A stretch of 24,832 nt of DNA from a virus (lineage: Duplodnaviria > Heunggongvirae > Uroviricota > Caudoviricetes). The notes under the pieces are model-generated. The model was not told where the DNA came from, ran no database searches, and saw nothing but the letters and a program-made list of their open reading frames with translations. Of the stretch, positions 1 to 8,846 are shown piece after piece. Position 1 is the stretch's first letter. Every line of letters begins with the position of its first letter. A program made the translations under genes and the position numbers. The stretch lies in the IMG/VR virus record IMGVR_UViG_2737471828_000007; one strand, given 5' to 3'.

Positions 1-282
1 GGTGTCATCGACGGAATGCCAGCATGGATTGATATTCCACCGCCAACTCATGAGGAACAAATTGCCGCAGCCGAACTGGAAAAGCAGCAATTGATTAATC
101 AGGCCAACGATTATATGAACAGTAAACAATGGCCTGGTAAAGCGGCGATTGGTCGCCTGAAAGGTGAGGAACTGGCGCAATATAATTTGTGGCTGGATTA
201 TCTGGACGCACTGGAGCTGGTCGATACTTCCGGTGCGCCAGATATTGAATGGCCTACACCTCCGGCAGTTCAGGCCAGATGA
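1..282 (+). CDS. Alternative tail fibre assembly protein, C-terminal part only (5' end outside window)
   Basis: Frame is open from base 1; the C-terminal motif (LDYLDALELVDTSGAPDIEWPTPP) parallels the C-terminus of the minus-strand tail fibre assembly protein; the two genes converge and overlap at their 3' ends. Confidence 0.7.
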   Translation, partial: GVIDGMPAWIDIPPPTHEEQIAAAELEKQQLINQANDYMNSKQWPGKAAIGRLKGEELAQYNLWLDYLDALELVDTSGAPDIEWPTPPAVQAR

Positions 283-862
283 CATCCGGCGCGGTGCTGG
301 TATCTGTTGCCGTCACCGCGTCAATGTAATCCAGCACAGCGTTAAGGCGGGTTGTTTCTGCCTGCGTCAGTTTACGTCCGGCCTGCAATTTCAGTTGAAT
401 CAGACTGATGGAAGCCATAGCAGCATCAATCAGCGACTGGCGCTGTGCTTCTGCCGCGTCTACTGCGCCGCTATATTGTGCCTCGGTATCGGTCACCCAT
501 TTCTCTCCATCCCATTTATCGTATGGCGTTAATGGGGCGATCGTGGTGGTTCCTTCCGGGTATTCTCCCAACTGTGAAATAGTCACAGCTTTGCCAGTAG
601 CCGTGCTGTAAACGGTTTCGCCGCGATGGTCTGCAACGTATTCCCAACCGGTCAAATCAGCCGTCCGGCAGACAGCAAAGCCGTCCTTTTTGCTGATTGG
701 CGCATCCACGCATGAATTGCCTGGAACGCCAACGCCAACGGGAAGATATTCTAACGATGCGGAAGTAAACTCCATCGTTTCTCCGTTGTAGTTGTAAACA
801 GTGATAAAGCCAGCTTCCGTGGCGAACCCGTTTTCATCCAGGGTGATTTCTTTTGTGGTCAT
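254..862 (-). CDS. G: Tail fibre assembly protein (P2 gpG-like)
   Basis: 202 aa ORF immediately downstream of the tail fibre gene; conserved C-terminal tail-fibre-assembly motif; ATG confirmed at 862..860. Confidence 0.85.
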   Translation of the reverse strand: MTTKEITLDENGFATEAGFITVYNYNGETMEFTSASLEYLPVGVGVPGNSCVDAPISKKDGFAVCRTADLTGWEYVADHRGETVYSTATGKAVTISQLGEYPEGTTTIAPLTPYDKWDGEKWVTDTEAQYSGAVDAAEAQRQSLIDAAMASISLIQLKLQAGRKLTQAETTRLNAVLDYIDAVTATDTSTAPDVIWPELPEV

Positions 863-2430
863 TATACTGCCCTTACAATGTAGTTGAATGCAATGTTGCG
901 CGGACGGGTTTCTGAACCACCCACAGCGACGGTTGATCGAGTAGGCTGGTTTACTATTTCCCCGCTGACGTCAGCCGTAACGACGTCGAACCCCGCCGTA
1001 GGATCAAAGTTTTTCAACCCCCATGAACGGTCAAAGTTATGGCTGTGGGATTTAAACGCATCGCCCTGAGTAGACAGCAAAACGCGACCATTATCCGCAC
1101 CGCGCCCGTCATCCCAGCCGCGAATGAATTCACCGCGTAAATCAGGCAATTTATTTGTCGGGTAAGCCTTTGCCAGTTCCGGGTATTCTTCAGCAGAAAA
1201 ATCCGCACCATTGCATTTCAGCCAGCCTGTTGGCGGTGTGGCTGAAGGCCACGGAACAGGCACCCCAACAGGTAATGCTGAGCCTTCTCCCAAACCAAGG
1301 TAATCAAGAACGCCCTGAGTGCTGGTTTTACCAAGAATGGCACGTCCAACACTTGTCAACGCGGTTAACGCGGCACGATCTGCCCCTGTAAAATATGGGA
1401 GTTTATCTGCTGATGTGGCAAGCTCCGCCAGCGCCGTCAGGGTGGCATCCTTCGATTGCTTACCCGCAAGCGCGTTAGTCATGGTGGTCGCAAAATTCGG
1501 GTCATTGCCCAGCGCCGCAGCCAGTTCGTTCAGCGTGTTCAGTGCATCAGGTGACGAATCTACAAGTGCGGCAATCGCGGCCATAACGAAAGCCGTGCTT
1601 GCGATCTGGGTACTATTAGTCCCCTGTGGCGCAGTTGGCGTCGTTGGCGTTCCGGTCAGTGCCGGGCTGTTTAATGGTGCTTTCTTGTTCGTTTCATCCA
1701 TTACCGCCTTAACAGCTTTTGGTGTCGCTGCCAGCGTTTCAGACGTGCTGTTCGTGGCGCTACTGAGCTGAACAATCCCTTTTTGTGTAGTGGTGCCGTT
1801 CTGGGCGGTATATTTCCCGTTAGCCAGGTCATATGCAGCCTTAACCGCTTTCGGTGTTGCGGCCAGTGTTTCTGATTCACTGTTAATTGCACTGCTTAAC
1901 TGAGTAAAACCTTTTGCGGTCAGCGAGGCGTCCGGGTGACGTCGTGACTGTTCGTGCTCTGAGATTTTATCATCCACATATTTGCGGGTTGCCAGAACCA
2001 CAGACGGGTCGATTTTCAGCGTGATAGCTTCGGTGTTCGTGACAACCAGAATCATGCGGATAGTCTGGGTGCGTCCACTGCCTTCCTGCAACTGCGGTTT
2101 GTACGTTTCCGGGCAGTTTGCCACCGCAATGAGTACACCTTCATCATCATAAAGACCAATCTCACGGATCCAGAATCCTCCCTCGTTTTCAGGGATGATT
2201 TGCTCCGCAATAATCTGGCTCTGATTGTTAGGGTCAACACTCAGAAGATTCAGCGGTGCAATGCGTTTCTGGTTAATCAGTTTTGTTTGTGCAGGGTCTG
2301 GTGTTGGTAACACACCATTTGCATCACCAACGGCCATTTGCGTCAGATTCAGCTTACTGCCGAGCATCGTCGCGTTAGCCAGTCGTGCTGCGCCCTGATT
2401 AGTCAGAATGGCGTAGTATTTCACTGTCAT
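862..2430 (-). CDS. H: Tail fibre protein (P2 gpH-like)
   Basis: 522 aa; P2 H-like N-terminus (MTVKYYAILTNQGAARLANA...), internal repeated SETLAATPKAVKA motif; position between I and G. Confidence 0.9.
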   Translation of the reverse strand: MTVKYYAILTNQGAARLANATMLGSKLNLTQMAVGDANGVLPTPDPAQTKLINQKRIAPLNLLSVDPNNQSQIIAEQIIPENEGGFWIREIGLYDDEGVLIAVANCPETYKPQLQEGSGRTQTIRMILVVTNTEAITLKIDPSVVLATRKYVDDKISEHEQSRRHPDASLTAKGFTQLSSAINSESETLAATPKAVKAAYDLANGKYTAQNGTTTQKGIVQLSSATNSTSETLAATPKAVKAVMDETNKKAPLNSPALTGTPTTPTAPQGTNSTQIASTAFVMAAIAALVDSSPDALNTLNELAAALGNDPNFATTMTNALAGKQSKDATLTALAELATSADKLPYFTGADRAALTALTSVGRAILGKTSTQGVLDYLGLGEGSALPVGVPVPWPSATPPTGWLKCNGADFSAEEYPELAKAYPTNKLPDLRGEFIRGWDDGRGADNGRVLLSTQGDAFKSHSHNFDRSWGLKNFDPTAGFDVVTADVSGEIVNQPTRSTVAVGGSETRPRNIAFNYIVRAV

Positions 2431-3035
2431 GCGTTTACTCTCAGATTATCAATTAAATGAATGGCCGGGGCAGGGAAATAATCCCCTTCGACAATAATGG
2501 ACTCCGGGGTGTAGGGATAAACCGTCAGGGCATCGCCGAGATAGCATCCCGTACCAACGAAAATCTTTCCGTTCACACTCAGGCTGATCGCCAGCCCCGT
2601 CAGATGGCGACTTACTGGTTTTGCATCCGCAATAAGGCGCTCAAGTTCCTGATACATTTCATCGGTGATGCCCTGATCAAGTACTCCGACAACAATGCGA
2701 AATGTTCCTGGCTCCTCGTTGAGTTGCCACCACTCCTTTACTTCAATCAGGTAGCCGAGAGGCTCCACGGCTCTTCGCAGTGCGCTGATGGTCCCTTTGT
2801 GTCGGTGTATCAGCCATGCATCACGAATCACCTGTCGTTTTGTCTCTTCCGGCCAGTTGCGATCCCAACGGTCAACGGAAAATGCCCAGGCGAGATAAGG
2901 CAGCAGGTGCACCGGGCAGGTGTCCGGCGACCACAGCGTGTTGAGGTCTACCGGGATGTCTGTAATGCGCGTTCCGACAGCTTCGGCACAACGCATGAAA
3001 CTGCTGGCTGATGGTGGTAACAGTGAATTACTCAT
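2427..3035 (-). CDS. I: Baseplate assembly protein I (P2 gpI-like)
   Basis: Track ORF 2427..3068; start placed at the internal ATG (MSNSLLPP...) so the gene overlaps the end of J by only 8 nt; position between J and H. Confidence 0.85.
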   Translation of the reverse strand: MSNSLLPPSASSFMRCAEAVGTRITDIPVDLNTLWSPDTCPVHLLPYLAWAFSVDRWDRNWPEETKRQVIRDAWLIHRHKGTISALRRAVEPLGYLIEVKEWWQLNEEPGTFRIVVGVLDQGITDEMYQELERLIADAKPVSRHLTGLAISLSVNGKIFVGTGCYLGDALTVYPYTPESIIVEGDYFPAPAIHLIDNLRVNA

Positions 3036-3924
3036 TGCGCCCACCTTCGCTGATGGTGAACGACTCACAGCGCGCCGCCTGTATGTCGCTGATGGCCATA
3101 TTCTGTGTGGGTTCGATTATCTCCACGCGTTGCACACCGTGCACATGCAGTGCGGCAGCAATGGCGGACAACGCCACGTCCTGACCGATAAGCCCCTGCT
3201 CAGCCAGCCACTTCCTGAACGACGATTCAGCCGCCGCCAGAATAGGTTCGGATTCCGGGCCGGGGTAAAAGTACAGTTTTGCATTCAGCCGCCATGTCAC
3301 GATTCTGGCGCTCTGTACAGTAAGGCGGTCGGCCACCGGGCGGGTATCCTCTGCATTCAGAACGGCGCGAACGGTATTAAGCAACGCCTCCGTTGCTGTG
3401 CCGTCGCCTTCAGTGGACAGGATGGAAACCGTCACATTTGCCGGAGACGGACTGATAGCCCGCGCATCACGCACCAGACCGCTGGCGCTGCGGGCAAAAT
3501 ACTCGTATGCACCTGACGGGCCAGCAACACTCAGGCCATCGTACGCCCGCTGCGCCCGCAGTCTCAGCGAGGTGTCACTTTCCATCACTGCGTCGGTGGT
3601 ATCCGTTGCCGGAGTGATGGTCAGGCGCTTTGTGTTCATATTGCCCGCGAGGTTGTCCAGGTCTGTCCCGGCGCTGTGGCTTAACATGCAGGCGCGTGCC
3701 CCCTCATTGACCCGCTGGCGTAACAGCATTTCACGAAACGCTGTTGTCTGGGCGATAACGTTCAGGGGTTCCGATTCCAGCTCCAGCGCGGCGGAGACGG
3801 CTTCACGCTGTTCGGCGGGATAAGCCGCAATCATCATGGCCTTTGTGTCAGCCAGAATTGCCTCAAAGTCAGGCTCCGCGATGATGGCGGGTTCCGGTAA
3901 CTGGGAAAGGTCAACAGCAGGCAT
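3028..3924 (-). CDS. J: Baseplate assembly protein J (P2 gpJ-like)
   Basis: 298 aa ORF with ATG at 3924..3922; P2 J-like sequence and gene order W-J-I. Confidence 0.9.
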   Translation of the reverse strand: MPAVDLSQLPEPAIIAEPDFEAILADTKAMMIAAYPAEQREAVSAALELESEPLNVIAQTTAFREMLLRQRVNEGARACMLSHSAGTDLDNLAGNMNTKRLTITPATDTTDAVMESDTSLRLRAQRAYDGLSVAGPSGAYEYFARSASGLVRDARAISPSPANVTVSILSTEGDGTATEALLNTVRAVLNAEDTRPVADRLTVQSARIVTWRLNAKLYFYPGPESEPILAAAESSFRKWLAEQGLIGQDVALSAIAAALHVHGVQRVEIIEPTQNMAISDIQAARCESFTISEGGRNE

Positions 3925-3927
3925 GAT

Positions 3928-4278
3928 TTACTCTCTCAGCGTGATGGTTAATTCAACATTCTGCATGGTCTGCATGACAGTGCCCGACAGCGTCACCCCG
4001 GCGCGGCCTCCTGCCTTCCAGACAACGTCGATGGCGTCCAGGGCAATGCGGGGTTCCCATCGTGTCAGCGCAATCACGGCAGCACTCATGCATTGCAGAC
4101 GAGTTGTGTTATTCATGGGTTCGTCAATCAAATCAGGCACAAGGCTGCCATATTCCCGTCGCATAACCCGGCTTGCCAGCGGGGTGATCAGGATGTCCCT
4201 GACTGACTGTTTCAGGTGCTCCATATCGTTCAGGTTTCCCGTCCCGTCCGGATTCATTCCTGTGTAGCGGGTTGTCAC
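3928..4278 (-). CDS. W: Baseplate wedge protein W (gp25/GPW family)
   Basis: 116 aa, N-terminus MTTRYTGMN resembles P2 gpW; GTG start with AGGAGG 5 nt upstream. Confidence 0.85.
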   Translation of the reverse strand: MTTRYTGMNPDGTGNLNDMEHLKQSVRDILITPLASRVMRREYGSLVPDLIDEPMNNTTRLQCMSAAVIALTRWEPRIALDAIDVVWKAGGRAGVTLSGTVMQTMQNVELTITLRE

Positions 4279-4841
4279 TGCGGGCCTCCTGTCGAATCGC
4301 TGCCGCCTTTCACGCCACCGTGTTTATGCGTATGCACGGTAATGCCGTTTGAGGTGAAGTTGCCGCCGCTGTGCGTGATATTGCCGCTCATCTTTCCTCC
4401 TTTTGTGACGTCAAGCGTCGCCGTTCTCAGAAGGTTTGTGCATTCCACGACGGGCGTGTCCAGTTTCACGCTGACGGATGCCTGTAAAGTGGCCGTTTTC
4501 ATGCCGCTGGCGCTCAGTGCGCCTGCGTCCGCGTCGTAGCGGAACACCGCGCCGTCCGGCGCGCTGATCACGATTTCTTTCAGGCTTTTGCCGGGGGCCG
4601 GATTGGCATCACTCCACAGGCTGCCAATTATCATGGCGGTTTCCGGGTTGCCGCCAATGCAGGCAATTACCACCTGTTCGCCTGGTGATGGCGGCAGCCA
4701 CACATTGAAGGCTCCCGCGCGCGTGGTGTTCCAGCGCAGCCAGCCTGTTTCCAGTTCGCCGCTGCGAACGCGCACGCGCCAGGACTTCTCATCAACTTCA
4801 GAGATGATCCCGGTGCGGATGATATTGCTCAGCAGTCGCAT
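4275..4841 (-). CDS. V: Baseplate spike/assembly protein V (P2 gpV-like)
   Basis: Track ORF 4275..4856; start placed at internal ATG (MRLLSNIIRTGII...) matching the conserved gpV N-terminus; C-terminal HTHKH motif. Confidence 0.85.
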   Translation of the reverse strand: MRLLSNIIRTGIISEVDEKSWRVRVRSGELETGWLRWNTTRAGAFNVWLPPSPGEQVVIACIGGNPETAMIIGSLWSDANPAPGKSLKEIVISAPDGAVFRYDADAGALSASGMKTATLQASVSVKLDTPVVECTNLLRTATLDVTKGGKMSGNITHSGGNFTSNGITVHTHKHGGVKGGSDSTGGPQ

Positions 4842-4852
4842 GAGTTCTGCGC

Positions 4853-5488
4853 TCACCGTACAGCCTCCGCAATCCGGCCCAGCACCGTGTTATAAATCAG
4901 GCGTTCATCTGCCTGACTGATGCCCAACAGCTCACGTACCGGGTAATCGGTGAAAATGCCCGGCGCAACCTGATCGCGCTCACCGAACTGATGAACGCGG
5001 GCAATACGTGCGGCCACGCCGCTGTAACCCACCGTCACACCGGAAGCATCTGCACGGGCTTTCAGGTAGCGGGCGGTGCGCAGTTTTACGAACATGGGGA
5101 CGCGCTTTGTGCTGTCCTGGTTGATGCGCCGGGTGCGTATTTCCAGAAAACGGTCGATGTCATCCCGGTAAAACGTGCGGATATTGTTTTTATCCTCATC
5201 CCACCCGGTAATGGTTCGCCCGTATTTCCCCGTGTCGTGATGCCAGTTTTTCAGCGTGCGTGCTTCGTTATTCCAGATAAAGCGAATGCGTTCCTGTATC
5301 CGGGTTACACGGCGTTTGCGTGGTGTCCATGCGGTCCCGTCCGGCGCTTTCTGTGACCGGATACGTGCCTGCTGGGCGCGGCGTAAATCCTGTGCCAGCT
5401 TTCTGGCGATGTTATTGATGGCCTGCTGATTCAGGCTGTCGCGGATGGCCTCAAAGGTTTCATCCACGCGGGTGAATGCCTTATCCAT
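4853..5488 (-). CDS. S: Virion morphogenesis / tail completion protein (P2 gpS position)
   Basis: Track ORF 4853..5497 (first M is GTG); ATG at 5488; basic 210 aa protein sitting between R and V. Start uncertain. Confidence 0.7.
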   Translation of the reverse strand: MDKAFTRVDETFEAIRDSLNQQAINNIARKLAQDLRRAQQARIRSQKAPDGTAWTPRKRRVTRIQERIRFIWNNEARTLKNWHHDTGKYGRTITGWDEDKNNIRTFYRDDIDRFLEIRTRRINQDSTKRVPMFVKLRTARYLKARADASGVTVGYSGVAARIARVHQFGERDQVAPGIFTDYPVRELLGISQADERLIYNTVLGRIAEAVR

Positions 5489-5948
5489 CGCTTTCACCCC
5501 ACGTCACATCCTGGAATACATGCGACCAGTCGCCTTCGGAAGATGGCAGGCGGGGTTTTGGCTCCGGCAGGTGTTCTGCCTGCGGTGTGCCCTGACTGCT
5601 GCGCGTGATGCGAACGCGTTCCTGCAGGGGGAGCGTAAACAGGAGATCGGCGCTGTCATCGTCATTGATAACGGCGGAAAATTTGATGTCCTGATTACGC
5701 TCCGGATTGAGCAACAACTGTGGCTGATTTTCGGATAACCACGCCAGCAGCGGCAGCGTGAGGTCGTCCAGCTCTCCGGCGTAATCCATGACAAACATCA
5801 CCATCTGATAGCGGTAAACAAACGAGGGCGTTTCTCCGGTCGTTTCAATGTTGCCGCTCTCCACGAAAATGGTGAATTTTTCCGGGTTAGCCTGACACCA
5901 TCGGCATGAACGGGTCATGGCTTCACGCAGGGAATCAGTTTTCAGCAT
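5481..5948 (-). CDS. R: Tail completion protein R (P2 gpR-like)
   Basis: 155 aa; MLKTDSLREA...LLAWLSENQP resembles P2 gpR; ATG at 5948..5946. Confidence 0.85.
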   Translation of the reverse strand: MLKTDSLREAMTRSCRWCQANPEKFTIFVESGNIETTGETPSFVYRYQMVMFVMDYAGELDDLTLPLLAWLSENQPQLLLNPERNQDIKFSAVINDDDSADLLFTLPLQERVRITRSSQGTPQAEHLPEPKPRLPSSEGDWSHVFQDVTWGESDG

Positions 5949-6225
5949 GGTTGTTGTCCTCGTTGTTCAGTCGTTGCAGCCTGCGCTGTTCCAGTAATTC
6001 AATGGCCCGTTTATCCGCGTTACAGGTTTCCAGTGCATCCAGAAGGCGGTCGCCCCATATACCGAGATTTCCCCATGTGGGAGTGTCAGGGAAGGGGGGA
6101 GGCGTTACCGGTATGGTCAGCGTCTGCGGTATAAGCCGGACTGACGGCGCTGGCAGTGGCGCGTTCTGCGTGCCTGCGCAACCTGTCAGTAAAACGAGCG
6201 TCAGGCAAAGCGTGGGCGCATTCAT
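5935..6225 (-). CDS. lysC: Outer-membrane spanin lipoprotein (LysC/Rz1-like), starting inside the lysB gene in another frame
   Basis: Track ORF 5935..6255 (GTG first); internal ATG gives MNAPTLCLTLVLLTGCAG, a lipoprotein signal with lipobox LTGC; Pro-rich mature part; overlaps the 3' end of lysB as in P2. Confidence 0.75.
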   Translation of the reverse strand: MNAPTLCLTLVLLTGCAGTQNAPLPAPSVRLIPQTLTIPVTPPPFPDTPTWGNLGIWGDRLLDALETCNADKRAIELLEQRRLQRLNNEDNNHAEN

Positions 6226-6493
6226 CTTTTGCAATATCGTTGCGTAGCTGTTCACGTCTGGCCTCTCCGTCCTGATTTCTCTGTTGATTTTCCACGCGGA
6301 GTTGCGCCAGCACCTGCTGCATATCCTGTACCCCGGTGCTGATGATATTCAGGGTGTCGACGGTGCTTTTCAGGGCGCTGGCCTGCGCTTCGTTTCTGGC
6401 GTTCTCCCGGCCCAGTGACCACGACAGACGCATGGATGCTCCCCAGGCGGCAATCAGAAGAAAAGCGACGCCCAGCGTGGGCCAGAGCTTCAT
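6086..6493 (-). CDS. lysB: Inner-membrane spanin (LysB/Rz-like)
   Basis: Track ORF 6086..6637; start placed at internal ATG (MKLWPTLGVAFLLIAAWGAS...) giving an N-terminal transmembrane helix followed by a coiled-coil-like region; directly follows the endolysin. Confidence 0.75.
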   Translation of the reverse strand: MKLWPTLGVAFLLIAAWGASMRLSWSLGRENARNEAQASALKSTVDTLNIISTGVQDMQQVLAQLRVENQQRNQDGEARREQLRNDIAKDECAHALPDARFTDRLRRHAERATASAVSPAYTADADHTGNASPLP

Positions 6494-6882
6494 GCCGGAT
6501 AAACTCCGTGCGGTAACTGAAAATGCGGTCCGTCTTTCAGGGTCTTCCAGTCGCCGCCCCATTCCACCGGAATATTCAGTTCCCGGCTGGCCTGTCTGAA
6601 TGCTGCTGCGATTTTTTCGTACAGCGGCCATTCCCATGACACCTGGCTGCCGATATAAGCCACAACATCCACGGCATGCCCCGTAAGGTGGCGGCTGTTC
6701 ATGGTCTGGCTCTTACCCGTGGCCACAAGTTGCTTCTGGCGGTAACGGCTGCGCAACCCTTCGGTGATACCAAAATCCACTTCCGAGATTTCCAGTGCCC
6801 GTCGGGTCACTTTCACCAGATCAGGATTTACGCCCTGCAAATTCTTTTCGCTCCGGCTGCTGAATTTAAATGTGTTGCTCAT
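6490..6882 (-). CDS. Endolysin, zinc peptidase M15-like (L-Ala-D-Glu peptidase type)
   Basis: 130 aa; H-x6-D (HLTGHAVD) and downstream DGPHFQ His motif typical of LAS/M15 metallopeptidases; located in the P2 K (endolysin) position; ATG with AGGAGAAGGA RBS. Confidence 0.75.
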   Translation of the reverse strand: MSNTFKFSSRSEKNLQGVNPDLVKVTRRALEISEVDFGITEGLRSRYRQKQLVATGKSQTMNSRHLTGHAVDVVAYIGSQVSWEWPLYEKIAAAFRQASRELNIPVEWGGDWKTLKDGPHFQLPHGVYPA

Positions 6883-7202
6883 TCGTCCTTCTCCTTCACC
6901 CTGCGATTAAAGGCCGCAATAACCTTGTCGCGTGCTTTCTCTGCACCCATAAAACCGATTGATGCGCCGATAAACGTCACGGCATCTTCAGGAAACCCGA
7001 AGAAGCGCAACGAGCCGGCCACGGCCATGGCAAGAACGCCGCACGCCAGCGATCCCGTTACGGTCTGAACCAGTGTTCGTCCGTCATAAAGACTCATCAG
7101 CGCGGAAATGCTGACCGCCGCGCCTACTGCATACACCGTTGGCAGGTGGTCAAAGAGCCACGCAATAACCTGCTCTGTGATCCCTGTTTGAATGGTGCTC
7201 AC
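6879..7202 (-). CDS. Holin (class I-like, three hydrophobic segments, charged C-terminus)
   Basis: In-frame part of track ORF 6879..7421; a putative GTG start at 7202..7200 directly follows the stop of X; three hydrophobic stretches and a KEKDE tail; its stop overlaps the endolysin ATG (ATGA). Start codon uncertain. Confidence 0.55.
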   Translation of the reverse strand: MSTIQTGITEQVIAWLFDHLPTVYAVGAAVSISALMSLYDGRTLVQTVTGSLACGVLAMAVAGSLRFFGFPEDAVTFIGASIGFMGAEKARDKVIAAFNRRVKEKDE

Positions 7203-7204
7203 TG

Positions 7205-7405
7205 CTACTCCCCCCACAACTGAATCATTTCTCGTTTCTTCTTCTCCGGCTCCGGCATCTCCACTTCCTGCCCGGCGTCCAGAAATACCTGCTGACAGAG
7301 TCCGGGGTTGGCATCCAGCACCTTTTCGGTGACGCCCTGCGTCGTGCCGTAGTACCGGAAACAGAGCGAATCCACGGTGTCGCCTTCCAGTGCCTTTACT
7401 TTCAT
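7205..7405 (-). CDS. X: Tail protein X (LysM-like, P2 gpX-like)
   Basis: Track ORF 7205..7438; internal ATG gives MKVKALEGDTVDSLCFRYYG...VLDANPGL resembling P2 gpX. Confidence 0.85.
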   Translation of the reverse strand: MKVKALEGDTVDSLCFRYYGTTQGVTEKVLDANPGLCQQVFLDAGQEVEMPEPEKKKREMIQLWGE

Positions 7406-7899
7406 CAGCACAACTCCGCAAAGATTCGTGGGCGGCACAGAATGTCAGAGATGGCCCAGCTCACATCACGCCACAAATCCGATGTCTGTATATCCAGTGC
7501 GTCCGCCCGGCGGTCGCCCTTGTCCGTTGTGTCTGCATCACGATAACGCTCCAGAATCAGGGCGCGCGTGGCGGTATAAACAGCATTGCGCCAGTGCCAG
7601 AGATTGACGCTTTCTCCGTTAATTACGGGTGCCGGAACATCGGCCAGCGTCTGATGGCCAGCCGCCTGCTGTTCCTGCTGCCATGCTTCCAGCTCGCGGG
7701 TAACGTGAGCCACCGCCCCGGTGGCGGTATGCAGCAGGCGGGAGGTGGTCACACGGCCCGGCAGTCGTATCGCCAGACGCAGCTCACGCAGCACAATATC
7801 CGGCCAGAATGCACCCGCTGAAATACGGGTATCACCATCATCGGTATCGGTGATGTCGTCCTCTGCGGGTCCGGGGTTGGTTCTGGCAACCATACTCAT
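7405..7899 (-). CDS. L: Head completion/stabilisation protein L (P2 gpL-like)
   Basis: Track ORF 7405..7908 (GTG first); ATG at 7899 with AGGAG 8 nt upstream; C-terminal ERYRDADTTDKGDRRADALD...LWRD resembles gpL. Confidence 0.8.
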   Translation of the reverse strand: MSMVARTNPGPAEDDITDTDDGDTRISAGAFWPDIVLRELRLAIRLPGRVTTSRLLHTATGAVAHVTRELEAWQQEQQAAGHQTLADVPAPVINGESVNLWHWRNAVYTATRALILERYRDADTTDKGDRRADALDIQTSDLWRDVSWAISDILCRPRIFAELC

Positions 7900-8000
7900 G
7901 GGGTTCACTCCTGAAAAAATCGGGCGGTGGGTGCGCGGTGTAAACGGTCACGGAGTCAAACCGGAACACCGCGCACGCCGCCCGCTGACGGGGTCAGTCG

Positions 8001-8801
8001 TTAACCGCGTTTCGCCTTCTGCGTCGCGGTGGTTTTTCGTGTTGCAGGCTTCCGCGTTGTCTTTTTACTTTTGCTGCTTTCGTCCTGCGCCTGCTGTGTG
8101 CTGGCGTCTTCTGGTGCGGCTGCGGAATCGGCTTTTTTCAGGGCGCGGGAAAGGGTTGCAATCTCGCGTTTCACACCTGCGTTCGGGTTCAGGTGCATTG
8201 CTTCGCGCAGCAGCTTCAGTGACAGGGCCATGCTGTCCGCATCACTCAGGCCACGGCGGGCAAAGGCGCACGCCTTGCATAATTTGGCGCGCACTTCGTC
8301 CGGCATGTCCTGGTCGGTGACAATCTCCCGGAGGGTGTCCAGTGGTTCGATAAAGGCGGACAAATCCGCGTCGGCATCCGTCCCGGCCTGCGTCAGTACC
8401 GGATTGCAGATTTCTTCGGTCAGCACTGTGGCAGCAGTACGGCCAAAGTTATCCGGCATGATGAGGTTGTGACGGACCACATACGCGCCGATACGCAGCG
8501 CAAGCGGAAGATCGCCGCAGTCAATCGCCCACACCATCAGTGTGGCAATCACTTCGTCCTGCTGCCCGCCGTCAGCCTCCAGCGTTCCCTCAATCCAGCC
8601 GGAAAAGTCCGGCAACAACTCTTTTTTGATGGCGGCTTTCGCGCTTCTGGCCTGTACGCCCTTAAGTCGGGCCTGTGCCAGACGCAGACGATACAGCACC
8701 TCTTCATGCGCGGTACGTGCGGCGTGATCCACGCCTTCATTCGCCCGGCCTGCGCGCTGCGCCATCACGTTCTGCCAGTGTTGCTGTGCAGGGGTAATCA
8801 T
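8001..8801 (-). CDS. M: Terminase endonuclease (small) subunit M (P2 gpM-like)
   Basis: 266 aa, basic C-terminal tail; position between N and L; ATG with GGAGAGAAAGA RBS. Confidence 0.85.
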   Translation of the reverse strand: MITPAQQHWQNVMAQRAGRANEGVDHAARTAHEEVLYRLRLAQARLKGVQARSAKAAIKKELLPDFSGWIEGTLEADGGQQDEVIATLMVWAIDCGDLPLALRIGAYVVRHNLIMPDNFGRTAATVLTEEICNPVLTQAGTDADADLSAFIEPLDTLREIVTDQDMPDEVRAKLCKACAFARRGLSDADSMALSLKLLREAMHLNPNAGVKREIATLSRALKKADSAAAPEDASTQQAQDESSKSKKTTRKPATRKTTATQKAKRG

Positions 8802-8846
8802 TCTTTCTCTCCGTTACAGGCGGGCATGACGCCCGCCGTGAGTTGA

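Noticed and set aside
1319-1771. 150-aa ORF antisense to the tail fibre gene, and similar antisense ORFs across the late region (for example 2457..3011, 2920..3516, 3398..3823, 3836..4267, 7721..8320, 8029..8472)
   Set aside because: All lie inside strongly supported late genes on the opposite strand and have Ala/Arg/Ser-rich low-complexity translations.
862-2430. Hin/Gin-type 26-bp crossover site inside the tail fibre gene
   Set aside because: Only weak partial matches (for example AAAACC-TT near 1907) without the symmetric half-site; not reported as a feature.
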